In this document: piece after piece, positions 1 through 6,742 of the stretch
Numbering within the stretch: position 1 is the first letter of the stretch
Layout of the letters: the number at the start of each line of letters is the position of its first letter
DNA from: Paramicrosporidium saccamoebae KSL3
Taxonomy: Eukaryota > Fungi > Cryptomycota
Direction: 5' to 3'
DNA: 11,067 bases
Assembly: GCA_002794465.1 (NCBI GenBank)
Contig: MTSL01000077.1
Location: 17,211-28,277, forward strand
Notes under the pieces: generated by a model
What the model was told of the DNA's origin: nothing
The model's input: the letters and a program-made list of their open reading frames with translations, nothing else
Database searches by the model: none
Program-made: the position numbers and the translations under genes

Positions 1-96
1 ACTGGTTCGAATTTGTCATCTACACGGGTCAGCGGTCTATAGGTCCACGTGTCCACCAGCAAAACTAGAAAAGCGGGCCAGATTTTTCAACAACCA

Positions 97-423
97 ATGA
101 ATCTGGTTATACTAGCTTTTATAGGTCTTGTGGCCAGTACAAGGGTCTATAACATACAGGGTCCCGGTAATGAACAAGTAATGGAAATCTATGTCAAGCA
201 AGACGACATTGTAAGATGCGGTGATCCACTCCTCAAGGCTCGATATGCGAAATGGTTCGGTGACGGTTGGGCATTTGGCGACGAGCGGACGATCTATGTT
301 GAATGCGTCGATAATGAAACGTATAAAGTTGCCCAAGTAAATGTTGCAGAATTGTGCATGGCCCCTGATTATCCAACTCCCATGCTGCAGCTTGACCTTC
401 AATCGGAGCCTACTTCTTTTTAG
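97..423 (+). CDS. Small hypothetical, probably secreted protein (108 aa)
   Basis: First in-frame ATG of the 49..423 ORF is at 97 and gives MNLVILAFIGLVAS, a short hydrophobic signal-peptide-like start. The mature part has 3 Cys and several Trp/Tyr. AATAAA at 434..439 follows the stop. No family recognised. Confidence 0.6.
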   Translation: MNLVILAFIGLVASTRVYNIQGPGNEQVMEIYVKQDDIVRCGDPLLKARYAKWFGDGWAFGDERTIYVECVDNETYKVAQVNVAELCMAPDYPTPMLQLDLQSEPTSF

Positions 424-433
424 ACAACACTCC

Positions 434-439
434 AATAAA
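434..439 (+). terminator. Candidate polyadenylation signal of the 97..423 gene
   Basis: AATAAA begins 11 nt after the stop codon, in a 45-nt spacer. Confidence 0.45.
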
Positions 440-468
440 TAATTGTACCCTGGTCCGGTGACCTCGCG

Positions 469-926
469 ATGTCGAGATTCTCCAAACAGCAAGTGGAGAC
501 TGACGCTGCCACTCTGCAACTGGGTGACGGTAGATATTGCATGCACGTCGCTTAAATATAGAGTTCAAGGGCGCTCACTGCTTGCTTCACTCAGAGGTAC
601 TTTTATTGCTGCAGGATGTACAAGAACGACGCCGGGAAGAGGCCATGACCCTTCCGTTGCCACCACCCTCAAAAATATTCACAGAGTGCTTGGAATATGT
701 CAAAACATTTAGCCAGTACACCAACCGAGAATTGGTGCGAGCTATCCGACAAACAATGCTGAGCTCACATCTTTCAGAATTCGAGATGGGACAGATAGGC
801 AACTTGGCGCCATCCACGTCAGAAGAGGCCAAGCAATTGATTCCTAGTTTGGTTGGAAAAATTGAGGATGAAGAGCTGCAAAAGATTCTTGACGATCTAG
901 CCACTACCCGTAGATATGAAGCTTAG
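469..926 (+). CDS. RPB4: DNA-directed RNA polymerase II subunit RPB4 (spliced: exon 1 469..529, exon 2 562..926; 141 aa)
   Basis: The spliced product MSRFSKQQVETDAATLQLGDEFKGAHCLLHSEV...FSQYTNRE...HLSEFEMGQIGNLAPSTSEEAKQLIPSLVGKIEDEELQKILDDL matches recalled eukaryotic Rpb4 motifs (ExDAAxLxLGxEF, LLxSEV, FExxxLGNLxPxxxEEAxxLIPSL, DEELQxILDDL). Length fits Rpb4 of about 140 aa. The ORF track's TTG start at 537 lies inside the intron. Confidence 0.93.
530..561 (+). other. 32-nt spliceosomal intron in RPB4
   Basis: GTAGATATTGCATGCACGTCGCTTAAATATAG has GT...AG ends. Removing it joins GAC G|AG TTC and restores the conserved LGDEF motif in frame. If retained, the exon 1 frame hits TAA within the intron. 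Confidence 0.88.
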
Positions 927-932
927 TTTTGT

Positions 933-938
933 AATAAA
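933..938 (+). terminator. Candidate polyadenylation signal of RPB4
   Basis: AATAAA begins 7 nt after the RPB4 stop, in a 59-nt spacer. Confidence 0.5.
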
Positions 939-985
939 ATCCGTGCGTTTGGTCTCAATAAACCATAGTCGCCAGGGTAGTAGGG

Positions 986-2674
986 ATGAAGCCGTTATTG
1001 AGAATGCATCTCTTACCCATACTTCTGTCTCTTCTCTGGCTTGTCCCGCATATCCAGGCTATCACGATAGTCGCGAACAGTCTGGAAAACATTATTCTAG
1101 ATCACACACAGGAAGATTTGTTTACAATGTTTGGTACTATCCAGGCCCACCCAGATTCGCTATCTATCCTCACCAAGTTGCTGGTTAATAAGCATGTCAA
1201 TCTGCGGAATCTTTATTGTTATTCTTGCCGCAACTGGTCATTCTCCAAATTGAGTGCTATAACTGCATGGAGTCTCAAACTAGACGACAAGATGATTAGA
1301 AACGTGTTTCTAGACAACGAGTGCATATCCAGAACGCAATTTTCAAAGCTTGCAAGGAAGAGACTGCTAGAACTAGGCATTCCCTCAGTCGTGCCCCAGG
1401 ATCTTTCAGAGCTAGAGGACCACGAATGGTCCCCAGTGCTTCAGACTGGTGACCCTAGTTATTTTGATATGTGGTGTCTGCACATCCCTGCCAAACTTCT
1501 TACTGACCAGCTTTTTCAGGCGATTGACCTTTCGTTGATTGTAACCTTGCCCTGTCTCATCTATGGCCACCCTAATAATGAGCTCATTACTGATGCGCTG
1601 ATTAAACAGATTCCGCTGGCAGCAGAAACATCCATCGTTAGATTACTCGATGTGCTCTACAACAGCACGCGCGCGTTTGATGGCTACAGGCGGATTATGG
1701 CGGAACTGCACCAAAGATATTGTCTGGGAAATGTCACATCTTCAATAGGTCAACTTTTGCGTATTCGTCTGAAATGCCAAAAATTTGACTTGCCATCATT
1801 TCACAGCCAAATGATACTCATTCTACAAAACCCACTGTGGCCTGCAAACACGGTCGCCATTCTGCTCAATATGTGGATGGCCATGGCTCCTGCCAATCTG
1901 ATCATGAAGGCCTTGAGGCTGCAGCTTGCTAATGTTTCGATCGGGTCTGCTTCGTCGAGAGACACCATTCTCCCAATCTTGAAAAGGGCATTTACCTCGA
2001 GATCCCAGTCTGAAGGACGCGCGATGCTTGAATTGGTGGGCTTGGATTATGATCAGCAGGTTCTGTTGCTTCCAGAACGTTTTTGGGTGAGCTGGGCTGA
2101 CCAGTTAAATTTGCCATTCTCTTCTAAGAAGGAATACTATCGCTCTCGGAAACTGGTTCCGCTTACATATAGTGATCTGGCTGTTTTGGGTATAGCAAGT
2201 GTGCCGCCAAGCCAATCCCAACACATACTGTTCACATTGATAGTCGCCAAAGTCAGGGCCATAATCTCCAAGAAGAGCGACTTTGGCGCCATTGATTCCA
2301 GAGTCTTCTCAACAACACCACTTATTACTCCCCACCTGGGTGCACCTTTTAATGAGTTACTCAGCCTACTGCTATACAGTTTTGTCCGTTTCGACCAGCT
2401 ACCAGCAAAGTTCAGTCGTCACTACTGTCTCGCTCTCAAAGGAGATCCTGAGCATCTTGGGCGCTACCTCAACTCTGAATTTCAGCGCCTCGGATCCACG
2501 GGACGCATTACAAATTTTTTTCCAGACCAGTATTTAAAACGACATTCAGAATTTTTGACGACAGGCCAAGCTTTACTTAATATTGTTACACGAAAGATGG
2601 CTGCACTGATGGAAAGGCGGGGGCTTGAGCACATGTTTCGTGGAATGACTCTGTGTGAGCTATTATCAGATTAA
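986..2674 (+). CDS. Secreted 8-Cys family protein, paralogue 1 (562 aa)
   Basis: Long uninterrupted ORF. N-terminus MKPLLRMHLLPILLSLLWLVPHIQA is signal-peptide-like. Has the family Cys scaffold (C-x31-C, WC-x25-CL, C-x17-C, YC...LC) plus LVGLDYD and LLYSFVRFD motifs. AATAAA at 2710..2715. Confidence 0.85.
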   Translation: MKPLLRMHLLPILLSLLWLVPHIQAITIVANSLENIILDHTQEDLFTMFGTIQAHPDSLSILTKLLVNKHVNLRNLYCYSCRNWSFSKLSAITAWSLKLDDKMIRNVFLDNECISRTQFSKLARKRLLELGIPSVVPQDLSELEDHEWSPVLQTGDPSYFDMWCLHIPAKLLTDQLFQAIDLSLIVTLPCLIYGHPNNELITDALIKQIPLAAETSIVRLLDVLYNSTRAFDGYRRIMAELHQRYCLGNVTSSIGQLLRIRLKCQKFDLPSFHSQMILILQNPLWPANTVAILLNMWMAMAPANLIMKALRLQLANVSIGSASSRDTILPILKRAFTSRSQSEGRAMLELVGLDYDQQVLLLPERFWVSWADQLNLPFSSKKEYYRSRKLVPLTYSDLAVLGIASVPPSQSQHILFTLIVAKVRAIISKKSDFGAIDSRVFSTTPLITPHLGAPFNELLSLLLYSFVRFDQLPAKFSRHYCLALKGDPEHLGRYLNSEFQRLGSTGRITNFFPDQYLKRHSEFLTTGQALLNIVTRKMAALMERRGLEHMFRGMTLCELLSD

Positions 2675-2683
2675 TCTCGCAGG

Positions 2684-2699
2684 ATATAGTGGAGTATCC
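2684..2699 (+). promoter_or_regulatory. Recurring non-coding motif ATATAGnnGAGTATCC (copy after paralogue 1)
   Basis: 14/16 identical to 4572..4587, which lies at a similar distance after the paralogue 2 stop. Confidence 0.4.
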
Positions 2700-2753
2700 C
2701 GTGCTACATAATAAAGGCTTTACTCGTGGTTTCTCTACAGCTTATATGTAGGA

Positions 2754-2914
2754 ATAACGGGAGCCGTTCTCAGATTAATAGCTGGCCATCTCATTTGAAT
2801 TCAATCTCATAAGGGAAGCCGCTTTCAGATCAATGGTTGACCGTTTCATTTAAATTCAATCTCGAACTAATGGTTGGCCATTTCATTTAAATTCAATCTC
2901 ATAATGGTCGGCCA
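2754..2914. repeat. Degenerate nested tandem repeat (55-bp duplication plus 34-bp core x3.3)
   Basis: The 34-bp core, approximately AATGGTTGGCCATTTCATTTAAATTCAATCTCAT, occurs at 2777, 2832 and 2869, with a partial copy at 2903. The flanks ATAACGGGAGCCGTTCTCAGAT (2754) and ATAAGGGAAGCCGCTTTCAGAT (2809) are 55 bp apart. Confidence 0.9.
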
Positions 2915-2940
2915 ATAAGCCAAAAGCAGCAGGTTGTTGG

Positions 2941-4557
2941 ATGCTTCACTATCACCATGTCATGATATTCTTGGCAATACTGTTCCCAATGCACGCTTCT
3001 GCATTGAAAATTCGAGGAAATTCCGAGCAACTTGTCGTGCAGTCATCCGGAGACGCGGTAACCACCCTGCTGAGAGTGTTGCCAGAATATGAACACAATT
3101 ATTATCCTCTACTTCAGCTGCTTGTTAATAATAAGGCCAATATTATGGAGCACTATGCCAAAAGTTGCAGTTCTTGGACTTATGACATTTTCAACGGGCT
3201 GGTTGACTGGTCTCTTGCTCTACCCTTTCTTTATCAATTTGTCATTCTCCATGGTCAATGCATTGATACCACCCCATTTCGTCAGTTTGCCATTGCTAAA
3301 CTAATGTCTCTGGGACTGGGAGCTGTCCTAACAAAGACAACAAACAGGCATGCAAGTGGATTTTCCACTGCAAATATGATCAAGAACTTTCCTAACTGGT
3401 GTGAAAGGTTTCCAAATCTGTTCATGACGTTCGGTCGAACGCATAGCCTTGATTTGCCATCAATAATTACCACAGAATGTCTAGTCAATGACTATCCAAA
3501 CAAGGCACTTTTGTTAAACGCATTGAATGAGCAGCTCAAGACATCCATCCATAAATCGCTGACTGAGCTTTTGTTAAAGTTGCGTGTTATCAGTCACAGA
3601 AAGCTTGTAAAATTGCGTTCTACCCTTCGCGAGCACATCTGTTCATCCAATTCTGGCACTTTTTTCCACACTATGAACATTCATCTGGTCGGCTGTCCGT
3701 GGCCAAGACAATATACGTACGATTTAAGCTTTTTCGAGGAATTTCTGTCCCTCGATAACGAGTCCTTGATCGTTGGACTACGTGCTATATTAGCAGTGTA
3801 TAACCAGGACATGGTCATAGAGATCCTTAGTGGACTGCCACCCATAAGACTCCATGGTTTCTCCAATCTACTACCCCTCTGTGAAGACCTTTCGCACATT
3901 TCTCTGGAGCATCAACGACAATTTATGATGCATCTAGGAATAGATTATGATTCGTATATGTTGCAAATGCCATACTCGTTTTGGGCAGACAGACCAGACA
4001 TGCTGAAGAAGCTGCATCTAAATTGGAGATTCCAATGGTACGCAAAATGGCATCTAAAACCTGCCATCCCGACCCCCAGTAATTTGACAGCAAAGCCCAA
4101 TCAAATACCTCCGCTGAGACACCTTGGGGGCGCTGGTATTACGGCAGACCGGATTTTGCGTTATCTCTTTAAGCTGACTTCTGAATCTGAGAATTATACC
4201 CAAACAGATCTTTGCGCCTTTCGACCGCGGGTCTGGCTTTCTCGCAAAGACTTGGAGCACTTTCTGGGAGTTTTAGTCTATGCCACCGTCAGGTTCCAAA
4301 GACTATTTGGCATTTTCGATCGTTCCTATTGTGACGCTCTCCATTCCGAAGCCTCGGTGTCACCATTGTTTTATCGGCATGATTTCACAATGCGACCGTT
4401 TCACCCGATCAGTGAATTTGCAAAGGCGGCTCAGGCAAATTTCCAAGCACAGAAGCAAGCCTTGCAGTCCATTAGCTCTAATTGGAAACTATTAACTATA
4501 GTAGAGACGGATGATATATGTCAATTGCTAGCACCTCTCCATGTGACGCAGGATTAG
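2941..4557 (+). CDS. Secreted 8-Cys family protein, paralogue 2 (538 aa)
   Basis: Long ORF. Signal-like MLHYHHVMIFLAILFPMHASA (alternative ATG at 2962). Has C-x30-C, WC-x25-CL, C-x17-C, LGIDYD, FRPRVWLS, LVYATVRFQ, FDRSYC and W-x11-C. Confidence 0.85.
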   Translation: MLHYHHVMIFLAILFPMHASALKIRGNSEQLVVQSSGDAVTTLLRVLPEYEHNYYPLLQLLVNNKANIMEHYAKSCSSWTYDIFNGLVDWSLALPFLYQFVILHGQCIDTTPFRQFAIAKLMSLGLGAVLTKTTNRHASGFSTANMIKNFPNWCERFPNLFMTFGRTHSLDLPSIITTECLVNDYPNKALLLNALNEQLKTSIHKSLTELLLKLRVISHRKLVKLRSTLREHICSSNSGTFFHTMNIHLVGCPWPRQYTYDLSFFEEFLSLDNESLIVGLRAILAVYNQDMVIEILSGLPPIRLHGFSNLLPLCEDLSHISLEHQRQFMMHLGIDYDSYMLQMPYSFWADRPDMLKKLHLNWRFQWYAKWHLKPAIPTPSNLTAKPNQIPPLRHLGGAGITADRILRYLFKLTSESENYTQTDLCAFRPRVWLSRKDLEHFLGVLVYATVRFQRLFGIFDRSYCDALHSEASVSPLFYRHDFTMRPFHPISEFAKAAQANFQAQKQALQSISSNWKLLTIVETDDICQLLAPLHVTQD

Positions 4558-4571
4558 TAAAGCGGTGAAAT

Positions 4572-4587
4572 ATATAGCCGAGTATCC
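4572..4587 (+). promoter_or_regulatory. Recurring non-coding motif ATATAGnnGAGTATCC (copy after paralogue 2)
   Basis: ATATAGCCGAGTATCC versus ATATAGTGGAGTATCC at 2684..2699. Confidence 0.4.
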
Positions 4588-4880
4588 GTCAATATTTTCC
4601 CAAGTATGAAAATGTTGACGCTCTAGCGTACCATGTTCTAGCGTGCTCTCACCGCGCACTACATAAAAGGGCCCACCAGCTGATAGTAAAGTCCCCTAGC
4701 CGCATCAACTAATAGCATTGATAAAGTCTATAATAATCACTCTGCCACACGGCATATGTATTGAACAGTGGAGTATCCATTACGAAAAATACTCGTTCAG
4801 TACCAGGCAATGGATTTACTGCGCCACTACAATACATTGACAATCTCGGCCAATCATTCCACTACTTTACGCCAGGTCTC

Positions 4881-6449
4881 ATGATCCCAGCGGTACTCTC
4901 CGCTCTTTTCTTTAGTCTTCGGAATGCGTTTGTGCTCCGTGCTGCCAATGAGGTAGAGTTTATCCAGCACAACACTACAAGCTCTCTTCAACTAGTCTTT
5001 AGTATTTTCACACTTTCCGAACAGAATATAAGGACCATGGCGAGGCTGCTGGATAATGATTATGCAAATGTGCGCGGCATATATGACAACACCTGCCAGC
5101 ATCTCCAGTTAGACGAGTTTGAACGCATTGTCGGCTACGCTTTGCAGATGAATACAAAAAGCCAACAATTACTGGCCAGTCCGCATTGCATCAATAACTT
5201 GGTGTTTGCTGAAGATGTTAGAGAGTCACTGCTGCTACGCGGAATGCCCTCGGCAATTCCCTTGAATTACTCTGAGATGGATCCCAAACACTGGCCTACC
5301 ATGATCCCATATATGATCCACTGGCATTATGCTGTCCCTTTGCGGTTTCTAACCAAAGAATTTCTTGCATCATTGGATCTGCCAAAACTAATGAGCCGGG
5401 ATTCACTTGTGAAAAATTACAACTACCGTTCAATTCTTTTCCCAGCATTGACTGATCAAGTGTCGACTGCATCGTTGCACTCTTTAACTATCCTGGTTAG
5501 TCGATTCCAGGACACTGATTTTCCTACACTGAGAAACATTATTTGTGCCAAAAACTCCGCGCACGTTCTAGAACAGGTTCACTCTCAAGTACTACGCTGT
5601 TCGCAAGAGACGTGTCTTGAGCTTGACACTCTGATGGAGGTGGCTCTCATGGAGTCACCTTTAGACGCCCGGCTAGCGCTGCTTCGAATCTGGCTGGCCA
5701 GAAGTGGTATTATCACTATCATCGATTGTCTGAGAAGGATGGATATTTCTTGCTTGGGCGCGTCGTCGCCGGCCTTGGAAGAGTTCATAACAAACCCATT
5801 ATTTATAGCACTGGAACTGGCGCAGAAGCAAACCTTATTGGCGCTAGTTGGGATCAATTACGATAGGCTTCTCCTGTCCATCTCCCCCACCATCGCTAAT
5901 GAGCCAAAGGAAAACGTACGACAGCAGTCTACACACTGGAAAATGACCTATTTTCGAAAATGGTATATGACTCTCCCGTTGAAGCAACAAACTGGACCTT
6001 TCGTGGTCCGCCGCTACATTCTTGGGCAGAAAAGAGAACAAAGACTCCAGGATCAACTGCAACTGCAGATTAGGAATCCGGACATGTTCTATACGCAGTC
6101 ACTTGTAGACGGCACAATTTTATTTCGCCCGAGGATATGGCGTTCTGCAATGTCAAGACCAGCGCTGAACCAGCTAGTCTACGTAATACTACGATTTGAC
6201 AAACCAAGAATCCTTTTGGATAAAGAGTACTGCAATTTCATACAGGGTTCAGAGACCACAGGAATATTTGAGAACGATGTCAGGTATCTACGCACCAAGG
6301 AGCACTTGATGCACAATGTTATCCCGCCCGATTCGTCGCTGGCTGCCTCAAGGGAATGCGCTGATCATTTTCGATATATTCATGTAGGATGGTCCATGCC
6401 CACAGTCATGACGGTGTCTGAATTATGCATGGCCTTGTCCAACCGATAA
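4881..6449 (+). CDS. Secreted 8-Cys family protein, paralogue 3 (522 aa; lacks Cys3 and Cys4)
   Basis: The track starts this ORF at TTG 4761. The first ATG is at 4881 and gives MIPAVLSALFFSLRNA, which aligns with the other paralogues' signal peptides. Has C-x30-C, C-x17-C, LVGINYD, FRPRIW, LVYVILRFD, LDKEYC and W-x11-C. Confidence 0.83.
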   Translation: MIPAVLSALFFSLRNAFVLRAANEVEFIQHNTTSSLQLVFSIFTLSEQNIRTMARLLDNDYANVRGIYDNTCQHLQLDEFERIVGYALQMNTKSQQLLASPHCINNLVFAEDVRESLLLRGMPSAIPLNYSEMDPKHWPTMIPYMIHWHYAVPLRFLTKEFLASLDLPKLMSRDSLVKNYNYRSILFPALTDQVSTASLHSLTILVSRFQDTDFPTLRNIICAKNSAHVLEQVHSQVLRCSQETCLELDTLMEVALMESPLDARLALLRIWLARSGIITIIDCLRRMDISCLGASSPALEEFITNPLFIALELAQKQTLLALVGINYDRLLLSISPTIANEPKENVRQQSTHWKMTYFRKWYMTLPLKQQTGPFVVRRYILGQKREQRLQDQLQLQIRNPDMFYTQSLVDGTILFRPRIWRSAMSRPALNQLVYVILRFDKPRILLDKEYCNFIQGSETTGIFENDVRYLRTKEHLMHNVIPPDSSLAASRECADHFRYIHVGWSMPTVMTVSELCMALSNR

Positions 6450-6500
6450 CGCAATGTGCACGCATTGTAACCTGTGAGGAAGCGTATACGGACCAGAATT

Positions 6501-6660
6501 AGGTGGTCCATGATGCAAATAAAGAAACCCCAATGCAAGTAAAAGATCCATAATGCGAGTAGAGGATCCATACTGCAAGTAAAGGATCCATAATGCGGGT
6601 AAAGGGTCCATAATGTGGGTGGAAGAACCATAATGCAAGTAAAAAAGCTATAATGCAGAT
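6501..6660. repeat. 20-bp minisatellite, 8 units
   Basis: Units are in perfect 20-nt register with no indels; consensus AAAGGATCCATAATGCAAGT. Confidence 0.95.
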
Positions 6661-6742
6661 GTATATATGGACCAGGACTATCCCCATCACGCAACATTGC
6701 AAACTTTATAACTCGAGAAAACAGAAATTAATTAACGGCGCT

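Noticed and set aside
1-17. GGTTCGAAT resembling a tRNA T-loop or B-box
   Set aside because: The flanking bases do not form a proper T-stem (ACTGG versus TTGTC; the invariant G-C pair is absent) and no acceptor stem follows. Sequence upstream of the window is not visible.
537-561. ORF-track TTG start for RPB4
   Set aside because: It lies inside the 32-nt intron. The spliced model from ATG 469 restores conserved residues.
597-614. GT...AG segment in RPB4 with a pyrimidine run, as a second micro-intron
   Set aside because: It is only 18 nt and in frame, and it encodes VLLLLQ, which continues the conserved SEVxxLL helix of Rpb4.
112-1188. Alternative-frame and antisense ORFs (112..546 minus, 443..712, 587..904 minus, 916..1188) and similar short ORFs nested in the five paralogues
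   Set aside because: They overlap better-supported genes, show no recognisable motifs, and are of a length expected for shadow ORFs.
2777-2914. 34-bp repeats as a CRISPR array
   Set aside because: Intervals between cores are 21, 3 and 0 nt, not uniform unique spacers. The copies are degenerate, there are no cas genes, and the context is eukaryotic.
4761-4880. 40-aa N-terminal extension of paralogue 3 from a TTG start (likewise 6653..6742 for paralogue 4)
   Set aside because: These are a non-ATG start and a repeat-derived ATG. The extensions are hydrophilic, would bury the signal peptide, and have no counterpart in the other paralogues.
6380-6702. Three overlapping minus-strand ORFs encoding a hydrophobic 20-aa repeat (CIMDPLLALWILYLHYGSFT-like)
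   Set aside because: The reverse complement of the A-rich 20-bp unit lacks stop codons in all three frames, so openness is a by-product of the repeat. All three frames give permutations of the same peptide.
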